From Candidatus Angelobacter sp. (GTDB lineage: Bacteria > Acidobacteriota > Terriglobia > Terriglobales > Acidobacteriaceae), in NCBI GenBank assembly GCA_035710845.1, contig DASTCT010000086.1, positions 3,067 through 67,066 on the forward strand: a stretch of 64,000 nt of DNA, in the 5' to 3' direction. The notes under the pieces are model-generated. The model ran no database searches. It was not told the DNA's origin and was given only the letters and a program-made list of their open reading frames with translations. The translations under genes and the position numbers were made by a program. Positions 1-10,219 of the stretch are shown piece by piece; within the stretch, counting starts at the first letter, position 1, and every line of letters begins with the position of its first letter.

Positions 1-56
1 GATTCTGGCCGAAATCGAAGCTCTCGAGACTGCCGGAGCCTGAAGGAGCCCATCCA

Positions 57-1292
57 TTGAAGCGCACTTCTATTATTTTTATTTTCCTGCTGGCCTGTTC
101 CCTTGTAGCCACAGCGCAATCTATTAAAGGCGTCGTCAGAAACGGCACCACCAACAAGCCTTCCGCCGGCGATGAGGTTACGCTCAAGAGGATTGGCAAT
201 GGCATGGAGGACGCTGGCAAGACCAAGACCAATGCCAGAGGCGAGTTCACTTTCAACGTTCCGCCCGCAGCACAACCTTACGTCCTCTGGATCCAGCATC
301 AGGGCGTGATCTATCCGCAACGGGCCGTTCCCGGTGGGCCGCCGATACCGGTCAGAGTGTTTGACGCCGCGACGACTATCAAGGAAATCAGCATTCAAGA
401 ACACGCAATGGTGTTCCATACCGGAGACAAACCCGACACGCTGATTGGAGAAGAAATCTACACTGTCGGCAACGCCTCCAGTCCGCCACGCACCCTGATG
501 AACGACCACACGTTGGAGTTCTACCTGCCTGAGGGCGTTACCATTGCCGAATCTAGCGTGCGGACTAGCGCCGGCGCCGAATTGAAATCACCGGTGATCC
601 CCGAGTCGGAAAAGAATAAATATGCTTTCAAGTTTCCCATCCGTCCGGGGGAAACACAGTTCCACGTTGTCTATACACTGCCCTACATCGGAAGCCTCAA
701 GATCGAACCAAAATCAGACATGCCCATTGACACGCTGGTGATTGCGGCGCCAGATCCCATGAAGTTTGTGCCTGTGGACAAAACTCTGTACCAGACCAAA
801 AACAATCCGCAATTCCAAGGCGTGAACTTCTTTGTGGCCAAGAACGTTACCTCAAAGCAACAGGCCTCATTTGAAATTTCAGGAACAGGTGATATCCCGC
901 AGGCATCTGCGCAGAACTCCACCGGCGGACAAGGAAGCCAAGGCGCGGCCAACAATCGCCCTGGCGGCGGCCTGGGGGTGCCCAATGAAATGCCTGATCC
1001 TTTGCATTCAGGCCAGTTGCTCTTTCTGGGTGTGCTGTTACTCTTTCTGGCAGCAGGCGCTGTCTTCGTCTTCACTGCAGGTCATAAAACGGCTACCGTG
1101 ACCGGAACTTCAGCAAAGCCCCAAGACCGTGCGGGAGTTCTGCTGGAAGCAATGAAGGAAGAGGTCTTCCAGTTGGAATCAGATCGCTTGCAGGGAAAAA
1201 TTTCAGCCCAGGACTATCAAACCGCCAAAGCAGCACTGGATAAGACTCTGCAACGCGCAGTACAGCGATCATCGTCTGCGAAGGCAAAATAA
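57..1292 (+). CDS. Secreted/membrane-anchored protein with N-terminal carboxypeptidase-regulatory-like fold and C-terminal TM helix
   Basis: AAGGAG 9 nt upstream of a TTG start. Signal peptide MKRTSIIFIFLLACSLVATAQ. SIKGVVRNGTTNKP..GEFTF pattern typical of CarboxypepD_reg domains. Hydrophobic LLFLGVLLLFLAAGAVFVF near the C-terminus. Confidence 0.65.
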   Translation: MKRTSIIFIFLLACSLVATAQSIKGVVRNGTTNKPSAGDEVTLKRIGNGMEDAGKTKTNARGEFTFNVPPAAQPYVLWIQHQGVIYPQRAVPGGPPIPVRVFDAATTIKEISIQEHAMVFHTGDKPDTLIGEEIYTVGNASSPPRTLMNDHTLEFYLPEGVTIAESSVRTSAGAELKSPVIPESEKNKYAFKFPIRPGETQFHVVYTLPYIGSLKIEPKSDMPIDTLVIAAPDPMKFVPVDKTLYQTKNNPQFQGVNFFVAKNVTSKQQASFEISGTGDIPQASAQNSTGGQGSQGAANNRPGGGLGVPNEMPDPLHSGQLLFLGVLLLFLAAGAVFVFTAGHKTATVTGTSAKPQDRAGVLLEAMKEEVFQLESDRLQGKISAQDYQTAKAALDKTLQRAVQRSSSAKAK

Positions 1293-1344
1293 AATCGGAT
1301 CATTCACTGTGCTAGCTGTCATTAGGACAAGATAAACTCACCTC

Positions 1345-1839
1345 ATGGGTTTGATCATTAAATCTTCATCACTGCACGGCGCCGGAGTCTATACAACCGC
1401 TCCCATCAAGAAAGGCGCGCGAGTTCTGGAATATACAGGCCCGCGCCTGACCGCGAAAGCGTGCGAAGGCATGTACGCGGATACCGAAGTCACATATCTG
1501 TTTGCCATGGATGATCCCAACATCATCATCGATGGCTTTGGCATGGCCGCTTTTGTGAACCACACCTGCGATCCCAACTGCGAGACTGACCAGATTGATG
1601 ACAGCATCTGGATTTTGGCCGCACGGGACATTGCAGCCGGAGAAGAGCTGACTTACGACTACAACCTGTTTGATGGCGAACCGGGTGAGGAAGCGCCTTG
1701 TTACTGCGGCTTGAAAGGCTGCAGGCGAACCATGTTTTCAGAAGAAGAGATTGCGCGGCATAAGAAAATCCTTCGCCAACGAAAGAAACGCCGTGCTGCA
1801 GCCAAAGCCCGCAGGCAACAGATGCGCAAAACGCGCTAA
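1345..1839 (+). CDS. SET-domain protein (putative lysine methyltransferase) with polybasic C-terminal tail
   Basis: SET signatures GAGVYT, FVNHTCDPNC, ELTYDY and post-SET CYCGLKGC. Tail is RQRKKRRAAAKARRQQMRKTR. Confidence 0.85.
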   Translation: MGLIIKSSSLHGAGVYTTAPIKKGARVLEYTGPRLTAKACEGMYADTEVTYLFAMDDPNIIIDGFGMAAFVNHTCDPNCETDQIDDSIWILAARDIAAGEELTYDYNLFDGEPGEEAPCYCGLKGCRRTMFSEEEIARHKKILRQRKKRRAAAKARRQQMRKTR

Positions 1840-1877
1840 AACAAAATCACTGCAAGAGTTTCATAGGCAATCAAGAT

Positions 1878-2738
1878 TTATGGCTGTGGCGGAGTTGGTG
1901 TTGCCGTTGCAGTAACCGGTTGATCAAGCCGAATTACCATGCCAGTCTGCGCGGGAAGGTTCACTTCTTTGTTCTTGGTGGAGAGAACGTAACCACCGTT
2001 AGCAAGCGCTCCTGTGGCTAATCCTTTGAGCGGATTTCCAAAAGCTGTGCCTGGCCGATTGCCGATCCCTATACCTTTTGCAACATTCCGGTTACGCGCC
2101 TCTGACCGGTTTTCTTCATCAGCCTTCTTAGCACCTTTTCCAGTTGTGTCATTCACCGAGATGAGGGTTGCGGTCAACGGAAGCGTTTGACCGTCCGGCA
2201 GTACAAGATCGCGAAAGCGCACGCTCAATGCATTTTTGTCTTTTAAGGCGGCAAGCGTCTTATCATCTTCGGCTTCAGCAACTTCGCCTTCAATCCGTGC
2301 GCCGGTTGGTATGACAACTTGTCCGTTATTACCGAAGGCCGGTTCCGCGATGGTTGCAGTAAACCTGTCCCCCGGCCGCGATGTCCTGGTAGAGAGCGGC
2401 GTATCGAGCATGGCGCGAATTTCGGTCCCAGCTGCAATTTGGTCCACGATCGCAGGCGAAGGAGCAGTTTGCGCTGTAGCTGGATTGAGATTGGGGCTGG
2501 TTACCGATGGATTTTGATTCGCTGGCTGGTTGGCCGTGCCTGGGTTCTGCGCAGGCGGGGCACTCTGCTGCGCAGGCGGGGCACTCTGCTGCGCAGGCGT
2601 AGCGGATGGAATCTGTGTTTGTGGCATAAGTGAAGAATTATTCACTTGGCCAGCTGCGGTCTGGGCAAGAACTATGCCCGCAGCAAGCAGTAAAAACCAC
2701 GCCAGCACGACTGCTCTGCGCATTACAACTCCCTTCAA
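1878..2738 (-). CDS. Secreted protein with Pro/Gln-rich low-complexity repeat
   Basis: Signal peptide MRRAVVLAWFLLLAAGIVLAQ and tandem QQSAPPAQ repeats. No recognised catalytic motif. Confidence 0.6.
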   Translation of the reverse strand: MKGVVMRRAVVLAWFLLLAAGIVLAQTAAGQVNNSSLMPQTQIPSATPAQQSAPPAQQSAPPAQNPGTANQPANQNPSVTSPNLNPATAQTAPSPAIVDQIAAGTEIRAMLDTPLSTRTSRPGDRFTATIAEPAFGNNGQVVIPTGARIEGEVAEAEDDKTLAALKDKNALSVRFRDLVLPDGQTLPLTATLISVNDTTGKGAKKADEENRSEARNRNVAKGIGIGNRPGTAFGNPLKGLATGALANGGYVLSTKNKEVNLPAQTGMVIRLDQPVTATATPTPPQP

Positions 2739-2895
2739 ACAAAATCCAACAGGTAAGAAGCCGGTTTAAAACCTTGGGGTTGGCTTTTTGCCAGATCACT
2801 TTTTCCTTAAAAACAGCATCTCTGCTAGTGACCGCGCCCTCGCGTATAATCCCTTTTTGGGGTCTCTAACCCGTGGAGTTCAGATTTTGACGTCA

Positions 2896-3267
2896 ATGAA
2901 TGGCCAACCCGCTAAGCCCAGAGTGTTGGTGGTGGATGATGAACGAGTGATCGCAGATACGCTGGCGATCATCCTGAACCAAAATGGATTCGACGCTTCC
3001 GCAGTCTATACAGGAACTGCTGCCGTTGACCGCGCGCGTGATACCAAACCCGATCTGATCATCAGCGATGTGATCATGCCGGACATGAACGGCATTGAAG
3101 CGGCAATTCGAATTCGGCAGATCCTTCCCAGTTGTAAGATCCTGCTCTTTTCAGGACAGGCAGCAACCGCCGACCTGCTGGAAAAAGCCCGCGCGCAGGG
3201 CCATGAGTTTGACATCCTTGCGAAGCCGGTTCATCCGCAGGATTTGCTGGCGAAATTGCGGACCTAA
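2896..3267 (+). CDS. Single-domain response regulator (CheY-like receiver)
   Basis: VLVVDDE, DLIISDVIMPDMNG and AKP motifs. Internal ATG at 2896 chosen because the upstream part of the ORF has no receiver similarity. Confidence 0.85.
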   Translation: MNGQPAKPRVLVVDDERVIADTLAIILNQNGFDASAVYTGTAAVDRARDTKPDLIISDVIMPDMNGIEAAIRIRQILPSCKILLFSGQAATADLLEKARAQGHEFDILAKPVHPQDLLAKLRT

Positions 3268-3286
3268 TCTAAGAAAAAGAAACGAG

Positions 3287-3886
3287 TCAAAGTTCCCTGC
3301 GGCCTTCCATGGCTTTCAGCATGGTTACCTCATCCGCGTATTCAATATCGCTGCCGGCGGGAATGCCTGTAGCAATGCGAGTAACCTTCAGGCCCGGACG
3401 CTTCAACAATCCACTGAGATGAACTGCCGTGGCTTCGCCTTCAATGGTGGGATTGGTTGCGATGATGACCTCGTCAAGACTTCCGCTCTCAATGCGCTTG
3501 AGCAGTGACGGAATCCGAAGCTGCTCTGGACCAACGCCATGCAAGGGTGAGATGGCTCCGTGCAGAACGTGATAGACGCCATTGTAAAAGCGCGCTTTTT
3601 CAATCGACGCGATGTTGGTAGGCTCTTCCACCACGCAAACCAGACGCTGGTTCCGGGTTGCGCTGCTGCAATAGCTGCATGGGTCAACATCCGTAATGTT
3701 ATTACATACAGAGCAAAGATGAAGTTTTTCTTTAAGGTTGTGGATGGCCGCCGCCAGTGCAGCGGCATCATCTTCACTGGAGCGCAGGATGTGGAACGCC
3801 ATGCGCTGCGCGCTCTTGCTGCCCACGCCGGGAAGCTTTTTCAATTCATCGATGAGTTGAGCCATCGGCTCAGCAAACTTGGACAC
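3287..3886 (-). CDS. recR: Recombination protein RecR
   Basis: [15 protein letters not shown] helix-hairpin-helix, C4 zinc finger CSVC..CSYC, Toprim region. Conserved dnaX-ybaB-recR order. Confidence 0.95.
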   Translation of the reverse strand: MSKFAEPMAQLIDELKKLPGVGSKSAQRMAFHILRSSEDDAAALAAAIHNLKEKLHLCSVCNNITDVDPCSYCSSATRNQRLVCVVEEPTNIASIEKARFYNGVYHVLHGAISPLHGVGPEQLRIPSLLKRIESGSLDEVIIATNPTIEGEATAVHLSGLLKRPGLKVTRIATGIPAGSDIEYADEVTMLKAMEGRREL

Positions 3887-3894
3887 AGTTTCCT

Positions 3895-4209
3895 CTAAAG
3901 ACCGGGAAGTCCCATCCCGCCCAGCATTCCGCCCACGGTGGATTGCATGGCTTCATCTACCTTTTGTGCGGCAGCGTTGAAGGCAGCAGTTACCAGGTCT
4001 TGCAGCATCTCCACGTCGCCGGATTTGACGGCTTCAGGATCAATTTTGGTCCCAAGCACGTGCTTCTGGCCGTTCATCTTCACGGTCACAGTGCCGCCGC
4101 CTGCGGAAGCCTCAACCACGGTCTGCTTCATCTTTTGTTGTAGGTCCTGGGCCTGCTTCTGCGCATTCTCCAGCATTTCCTGAAACTGGCGTGAGTTAAA
4201 TCCGCCCAT
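3895..4209 (-). CDS. ybaB: Nucleoid-associated protein YbaB/EbfC
   Basis: About 104 aa with the pattern [16 protein letters not shown]...[11 protein letters not shown]. Sits between dnaX and recR. Confidence 0.93.
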   Translation of the reverse strand: MGGFNSRQFQEMLENAQKQAQDLQQKMKQTVVEASAGGGTVTVKMNGQKHVLGTKIDPEAVKSGDVEMLQDLVTAAFNAAAQKVDEAMQSTVGGMLGGMGLPGL

Positions 4210-4217
4210 AAGCTCTC

Positions 4218-6020
4218 CTAGTTTTTTGCCCGATGATCAATCACAGTGCGAATCTCCGCGCCGAACTTTTCCCTCATACGCTGCACTATTGGATCTTCCG
4301 CCGCACGGCTGCGCGCGCTGGCGCCGTTGTGCGGGCGAACAACCATAGTTGCGGATCCGTTAATTTCTTTTTTTGCGCCACCCACAATGTTGAGCTTTAA
4401 AGGATAACCTGCAGCCGCTGTGGCAGCAGCATTTGCAATTTGCCTCTGTTCCGCGTTGATCAGGAACTGCACAACCGATGCAGGCTGAGAGATAGTCACA
4501 ACCAGCTCACTTCCCTGAATGGCAACGGTTCCCTCAGACAAAGTAGCTATGAGGTTACCGGCTGTTGGGGTTTTCTCTAAAGCGTCAAGCACCCGGCCCA
4601 GGATCACACCGGGATCGCTGCTTCGCTCCGGCTCTTCCACAGCAACGGCCACCGCTGTTGCTGTTGTCTGAGAGTGGGCCTGTGTCTCGGTGGAGAGCTC
4701 CGGATCAAAGCTCCGGCCTTTGCGTGCGCGATCAGCCTCAAACGGGGAAATATAATCTTGCTTTGGCGCTGGGCCTCCCCCCACAGGCACACTAGCCGAT
4801 GAAGGTGTGGAAGAGCGCGTTATTGTAGGTTGCGGCAACGCTGGGCTTTTCTGCGGGGCAGCTTTTGGCGCTTCGCCGGCCACTGAGCTGAGTATCTGTT
4901 CCAGCGGGATCATGCGTTGCGCGTGGACCAGCTTCAATACGCCCAGTTCCAGATGGAAACGCTGCTCCTGCCGATACCCAAGCTCATCAAAGGTGCGCAA
5001 CATGATTTGCAAAAAGCGTGCCAAATCTTCTTCAGAAAATTGTTCTGCAACGCGGCCTACCCGCGCACGCTCATCAGAAGAGATCTGCAGAAGCGGAGAA
5101 TCGGCCCCAGCAACTTTTGCTACAACAGCATTGCGTAAAAAGCGGACAAGTTGCCTGGCAAAATGCGCTGGGTTGTGACCCTCGGTCATCAGCCGATCCA
5201 GCAGGCGAAGGGCTTCGTCGCTGGAGCTGCGCGCCACAGTGCCCATCAATTCTTCCAAAACTTCTGAACCAACGTTCCCTACCAGCCCACGCACCAACTC
5301 ACCACTGAGTTTTGAGCCGCAGCAGGCGATAGCCTGGTCCATGATGGAGAGCGCGTCGCGCATGGAGCCATCTCCGGCCTCAGACAGGACAGCGAGGGCT
5401 TCTTCATCGGCCTGAATATTTTCTTTGCCCGCGATCTCTCGCAACTGGCCTACGATCTCATCAAATTTCACGGCGTGAAAGCTGAAGTGCTGGCAGCGCG
5501 AGCGGATGGTCTGAGGAATGTCCTCTGCCTGCGTGGTGGCCATCATAAAGATGATGTGCGGCGGAGGTTCTTCCAGCGTTTTGAGCAGCGCGTTGAAGGC
5601 TGCGTCAGTAATCTGGTGGGCTTCATCGAGAATATAAATTTTGTAGCGGTCGCGGGCGGGCCGGTAGCGGGCAGCATCGCGCAATTCGCGAATCTCGTCA
5701 ATGCCGCGATTAGTAGCAGCATCGATTTCGATCACATCCACAGAGCTGCCGGCTCGAATCTCAACGCAGGATGCACATACACCACAAGGTTCGGGCGTAG
5801 GTTTGTCAGCGTTGCCGTCAACCCCACGGCAATTCAGCGACATGGCCAGGATGCGGGCTATCGTGGTCTTACCGATCCCGCGATGGCCGCTAAAGATATA
5901 GCCATGAGCAATCCGCTGCTGCTCAATGGCATTCTTGAGCGTGCGGGTGACGTGCTCCTGCCCAATCACCTGAGAAAAGCGCTGGGGACGGTATTTACGG
6001 GCTAGAACCTGATAGCTCAA
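4218..6020 (-). CDS. dnaX: DNA polymerase III subunit gamma/tau
   Basis: Walker A GHRGIGKTT, zinc module CGVCASC, DEAH box ILDEAH, SRC motif. Confidence 0.95.
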   Translation of the reverse strand: MSYQVLARKYRPQRFSQVIGQEHVTRTLKNAIEQQRIAHGYIFSGHRGIGKTTIARILAMSLNCRGVDGNADKPTPEPCGVCASCVEIRAGSSVDVIEIDAATNRGIDEIRELRDAARYRPARDRYKIYILDEAHQITDAAFNALLKTLEEPPPHIIFMMATTQAEDIPQTIRSRCQHFSFHAVKFDEIVGQLREIAGKENIQADEEALAVLSEAGDGSMRDALSIMDQAIACCGSKLSGELVRGLVGNVGSEVLEELMGTVARSSSDEALRLLDRLMTEGHNPAHFARQLVRFLRNAVVAKVAGADSPLLQISSDERARVGRVAEQFSEEDLARFLQIMLRTFDELGYRQEQRFHLELGVLKLVHAQRMIPLEQILSSVAGEAPKAAPQKSPALPQPTITRSSTPSSASVPVGGGPAPKQDYISPFEADRARKGRSFDPELSTETQAHSQTTATAVAVAVEEPERSSDPGVILGRVLDALEKTPTAGNLIATLSEGTVAIQGSELVVTISQPASVVQFLINAEQRQIANAAATAAAGYPLKLNIVGGAKKEINGSATMVVRPHNGASARSRAAEDPIVQRMREKFGAEIRTVIDHRAKN

Positions 6021-6025
6021 CAGTT

Positions 6026-6130
6026 AGATCCTTCGCTGCGCTCAGGATTTCGCATACGGGCTCTCACTCACCACCCCAACATGCAAAACCCACGCATGTT
6101 GGGGACCCCGGCTCCGCTCACGCCCGCAAC
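6026..6130. repeat. REP-like intergenic element (GGGGACCCC core plus 11-bp-stem hairpin 6074-6104)
   Basis: ccccaacatgc / gcatgttgggg inverted repeat followed by ggggaccccgg. Same architecture as copies at 16927-17010 and 21703-21755. Confidence 0.6.
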
Positions 6131-6404
6131 CTTGCTCAACCTGATAACTCATCTGGAAACTTTGATTATACCCTTGTTGCAAGGAGAGATTTTCACCAGA
6201 GACTATGGATTGAGCACAGCACTGACGTTCCTTCAACAAAATTGCGGTAACACAAACTCCTGCATCAATTGATCGCGAGTTCCGCGAAAAACGCCTGCCT
6301 TGGGACACCCGAAATTTCCCTCTCGCATCTGAACGATTATCCTGAAATTCCCGCAGAAAACGATCATTTAACAGATCATTAACAAAGGAGAAAGGTAGTC
6401 AATC

Positions 6405-7175
6405 ATGAGTGAAGCTCTAAGCATCCACAGAGAGAATGCTCAAAGCAGCCGCGGCTCTGCTGCACTCCGCTGGGGTGGCTTGATCGGCGGAGGCGCGGTT
6501 GCAGTACTAGGTTTATCCAAGCGCTCGAAGGCCGGGGCAGCCATCGCGGCAACCGGAGGTCTGCTGGCCTTGCTTGGCACTCGAGCAGGTGCGCGAAAAA
6601 AAGAATATATCGCCCGCAGCAGCATGCTGGTGAACTGCTCACCGAGCGAAGCATACCAATTCTGGCGCAAGTTTGAAAATCTGCCGCAGTTCATGCGTCA
6701 CCTTGAATCCGTCAACATCATTGATCAGAACCAGTCAGAGTGGCAGGCCATTGGGCCTCTGGGAAAACGTATTCGCTGGACAGCAAAGATTGTGAGAGAC
6801 AAGGAAAATGAGGTCATCGCCTGGAACTCACTCCCGGAATCTGATATTTCCGTCGATGGGATAGTGAAGTTCTCACCTGAAGCCGGAAATCGCGGCACCG
6901 TAATTACAGCAATTATCGTTTACACCCCTCCAGCCGGAGCAGCCGGACGCGCCCTGGTCAAATTGCTAGGCAAAGATCCCAGTTTTCTTATGCGCCAGGA
7001 CCTGCGCCGGCTGAAAGCGCTAATTGAGACGGGAGAGATCCCCACAACCGACGGCCAGTCACACGGCCCAAGAAGCAGATTAACCGCCGCAGCGCGAGTG
7101 ATTGACCCTGATCAGCCTGTTCGAGACCGGTCGCAAATACCACAAATGATGGAGATGCAAAGGAGAGTGTCATGA
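6405..7175 (+). CDS. SRPBCC (cyclase/dehydrase-like) family protein with N-terminal membrane segment
   Basis: [21 protein letters not shown]...WTAKIV...IAWNS pattern of polyketide cyclase/dehydrase-like proteins. 4-nt overlap with the next gene. Confidence 0.7.
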   Translation: MSEALSIHRENAQSSRGSAALRWGGLIGGGAVAVLGLSKRSKAGAAIAATGGLLALLGTRAGARKKEYIARSSMLVNCSPSEAYQFWRKFENLPQFMRHLESVNIIDQNQSEWQAIGPLGKRIRWTAKIVRDKENEVIAWNSLPESDISVDGIVKFSPEAGNRGTVITAIIVYTPPAGAAGRALVKLLGKDPSFLMRQDLRRLKALIETGEIPTTDGQSHGPRSRLTAAARVIDPDQPVRDRSQIPQMMEMQRRVS

Positions 7176-8368
7176 AAGCAGTTTGCTGGATGGGTAAAGA
7201 AAAAATGAGCGTGGAGAATGTGCCTGACCCAACCATTTTGAATCCGCGCGACGCAATTGTGAAGATTACCAGCACCTGCATCTGCGGCTCTGATTTGCAC
7301 CTGTATGACGGAATGATGCCAACCATGGAGCAGGGCGACATTATGGGCCATGAGTTCATGGGCGAGGTGGTGGAAGTAGGTGGAGCAATTAAGCCGGAGA
7401 AGCTGAAAGTTGGCGATCGGGTTGTGGTGCCGTTCACCATTGCCTGCGGCCGGTGCTTCTTCTGCGAACAGCAGCTCTGGTCGTGCTGTGACAACTCCAA
7501 CCCGAATTACTGGATTGCCGAGAAACTCATGGGCTACTCACCCTCCGGCCTCTTTGGCTATACCCACATGATGGGTGGCTATGCCGGTGGCCAGGCGCAG
7601 TATGCGCGTGTACCTTTTGCGGATGTTGGGCCTTTGAAGATCCCTGACGGAATTCCTGACGACAAAGTTATTTTTCTCTCAGATATCTTCCCTACCGGAT
7701 GGATGGGCGCGGAAAACTGCAACATACAGCCGGGAGATACGGTGGCTATCTGGGGCTGCGGGCCAGTCGGGCAGTTCTCGATCCGTAGCGCCTTCTTGCT
7801 GGGCGCTGAGCGGGTGATTGCCATTGATCGATTCGATTATCGCTTACGGATGGCAGAGCAAGCTGGTGCGGAAATCATCAATTACGAAAAAGTAGATAAC
7901 GTTGTTGAAGTTTTAAAAAACATGACCGGCAGCATCGGGCCTGACGCCTGCATGGATGCTGTGGGCATGGAAGCACATTATCCCGGTCTGATGTACGCGC
8001 TTGATCGCACTAAACAGATCTTGCGGCTTCAACCAGACCGTCCGGGTGTATTGCGAGAGTGCATTCTGGCTTGCCGAAAAGGCGGCACGGTGTCAGTTCC
8101 CGGCGTTTATGGCGGATTTATAGACAAAATGCCGATAGGTCCCTACATGAATAAAGGGTTGACCATGAAGACAGGCCAGACACACATGATGCGCTACATG
8201 AAACCACTCATGGATCGGATTGAACGTGGCGAGATTGATCCGAGTTTTGTGGTGAGCCATCGAGTCCCCATCGACAAAGCTCCAGAGATGTACAAAATTT
8301 TCCGTGACAAGCAGGACCATTGCACCAAAGTGGTTCTCGATCCGTGGGCTAATGGAGCTGCCGCATAA
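7172..8368 (+). CDS. Zinc-dependent alcohol/formaldehyde dehydrogenase family oxidoreductase
   Basis: [20 protein letters not shown], structural zinc cysteines [15 protein letters not shown], Rossmann motif WGCGPVG. Confidence 0.9.
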   Translation: MKAVCWMGKEKMSVENVPDPTILNPRDAIVKITSTCICGSDLHLYDGMMPTMEQGDIMGHEFMGEVVEVGGAIKPEKLKVGDRVVVPFTIACGRCFFCEQQLWSCCDNSNPNYWIAEKLMGYSPSGLFGYTHMMGGYAGGQAQYARVPFADVGPLKIPDGIPDDKVIFLSDIFPTGWMGAENCNIQPGDTVAIWGCGPVGQFSIRSAFLLGAERVIAIDRFDYRLRMAEQAGAEIINYEKVDNVVEVLKNMTGSIGPDACMDAVGMEAHYPGLMYALDRTKQILRLQPDRPGVLRECILACRKGGTVSVPGVYGGFIDKMPIGPYMNKGLTMKTGQTHMMRYMKPLMDRIERGEIDPSFVVSHRVPIDKAPEMYKIFRDKQDHCTKVVLDPWANGAAA

Positions 8369-8440
8369 GATCGCAGCTTTCACTTTAGCAATCCAAAACT
8401 CATTCATTTAGAGTGGATTTTATTTTTACATATGCGGCAA

Positions 8441-10054
8441 TCACCCGATTGGAATCACCTGGTGCTTGCCGCAGCCGATTTGTGCTGAAGCCTTAATCTG
8501 TTCCAGCACACCTCGCCCATATTTCAGCAGGAAATAAGCAGCGCCCGCTTCCCTTTCCTGCAATCCCTTGTTCGGATACAGAGCGCTCAACAGTTCATCA
8601 GCATGGCGCAAGATTTCTGTATTTTTGCGCGCTTCGGCTCGTGCGGCTTTGTCGCGAATGCCTTGCAATTGATAGCGCATTTTAGAACCCGCATTCTCCG
8701 CGGCATCCACCAGTGTCTTGTCTAGTTTTTCCAGCGGCGACTGAATCACCGCAAGCGCCTGCTCCAGATGTTGCGCTGCAGAATCAAAGCTCTTCAAGAT
8801 GCTCTCCGGCAGAGCGTGCGCGCCTACCAACTCGCGAAACTTCTCCGGCCCGGCAAACAGGTCTGTAAGTTCCAGTTGGTAACGGTCCATCAACTTTGCT
8901 TGGCGAGGTTCAAGAAGAGTGGCGAAAAGACGAGGAAGGACCGGGGTCACGCGCCCGGCGAGTTTACGGTAAACCACTTCAATCTGGGCAAAATACGCAA
9001 CTTCAGCAGGCCCGCCGATGTAACACAGCGTAGGCAGCAGATGATCTTGCATTATGGGCCGCAACAGGACGTTTGCGCTGAAGCGCTCCGGACATCGCTC
9101 CGTCTCCTGCAGCAACTCTGCTGCAGCAACCTTCCGTTCGCCGATAAAGAAATCCCCACCCTGATGGCGCACCGGCGTTCGCACTTCATTTTCAAGATAA
9201 AAACACAAAGTATGAGAAGGCGTAACCTTGACCTGAGCGTGATAGCCGGCGGATTCCAATTCCTGATTGCGATCGAGCAGGGCCTGATTAATCTCGTCAG
9301 CCTTTTCCAATGCCGCGCGATAAACCGGCTGCGCCATCCGATGCAGCTCAGGATCCAGCGGATCTAAAAAGACCACCCCAAAATCAGCGAAGATGCGAGT
9401 ATAAAACTTCGCAAAGGCCGTGCCGAATGTCTCACCCTTGCGATAGCTCTCAGCCAGGAACTCACTGATCTCAGATTGCCCAAATAACGCTTCCACCTGT
9501 GCCACCGCTGCCGTGATCTCGTCGGTAAAGGCGATCATTCCCACCGGCGCGCCTTCTGTGTGCTGTACATTCACGGTGAACTTCTGCACGTGGTCGCCTG
9601 CCGGCAGGCTGATTGAGTTGATCTCTTCCAGATCGTGGTCTTCTGTCGCCAGCCAGAAAACGGGCACAGCGCCGGTTTTTTCCGCCAGCAACACGGCGGT
9701 CAGTGCTTTCAAAACGCAGAACAGTGGGCCACCGAACAAGCCTACCTGCTGCCCGGTCACAACCGCCGGAGCGCCTTCGCGCAAGCGCTGAATATTAGCC
9801 AGCGTTTTTTCGCTCGCACCAAAGCCCCGGTTCTGGCGCTCCAAAATCGCCGCTACTTGCTGGCGACGCGCCGCCGGATACTGGATCTTGCTAGTCTCTT
9901 CTTGCCACCAGTCGCGGCTCAAGGGCGGACGCGCATAAAATTGCCGCACTTTATCGAAGTTGCGGAGATAATCGTCAAAAAGCCGTGTGGTGTGGGGAAT
10001 GCGCGAGAACGAAAGACACTGGGATTCCAATGTTGGAGACTCCGCTATCTGCAT
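8441..10054 (-). CDS. bshC: Bacillithiol biosynthesis cysteine-adding enzyme BshC
   Basis: About 537 aa. VVTGQQVGLFGGPLF motif and overall layout characteristic of the BshC (YllA) family. Confidence 0.75.
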   Translation of the reverse strand: MQIAESPTLESQCLSFSRIPHTTRLFDDYLRNFDKVRQFYARPPLSRDWWQEETSKIQYPAARRQQVAAILERQNRGFGASEKTLANIQRLREGAPAVVTGQQVGLFGGPLFCVLKALTAVLLAEKTGAVPVFWLATEDHDLEEINSISLPAGDHVQKFTVNVQHTEGAPVGMIAFTDEITAAVAQVEALFGQSEISEFLAESYRKGETFGTAFAKFYTRIFADFGVVFLDPLDPELHRMAQPVYRAALEKADEINQALLDRNQELESAGYHAQVKVTPSHTLCFYLENEVRTPVRHQGGDFFIGERKVAAAELLQETERCPERFSANVLLRPIMQDHLLPTLCYIGGPAEVAYFAQIEVVYRKLAGRVTPVLPRLFATLLEPRQAKLMDRYQLELTDLFAGPEKFRELVGAHALPESILKSFDSAAQHLEQALAVIQSPLEKLDKTLVDAAENAGSKMRYQLQGIRDKAARAEARKNTEILRHADELLSALYPNKGLQEREAGAAYFLLKYGRGVLEQIKASAQIGCGKHQVIPIG

Positions 10055-10219
10055 AAGATCATTGGACGCACGAAGCCCTACGTGGTTGCAGAAAATGTGA
10101 GCGTCCCCGGCATCTCTGCCGCATTTGATTGTAAATGACGAGCTTTACCCGCTCCCGGACCCCGCAAATATGCTAGAGTTCATCATCCATTCGGTCCCAA
10201 TCTATTTTCAGGATGGCCT

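Noticed and set aside
1-43. An open frame ..ILAEIEALETAGA* that may be the 3' end of an upstream + strand gene.
   Set aside because: It is too short to support any call.
4361-4380. The A7 run (GCA AAA AAA GAA on the coding strand) in dnaX as a possible programmed frameshift site producing a gamma subunit.
   Set aside because: It lies about 45 codons from the C-terminus, far downstream of where gamma/tau frameshifting occurs. No downstream stem-loop is evident.
6021-6404. Expected an SRP RNA (ffs) gene upstream of dnaX, as in many bacteria. Examined the strong hairpin at 6074-6104.
   Set aside because: Neither strand contains the conserved SRP domain IV sequence (CAGG..GGAAGG.AGCA-like). The hairpin belongs to a REP-like repeat that recurs elsewhere in the window.
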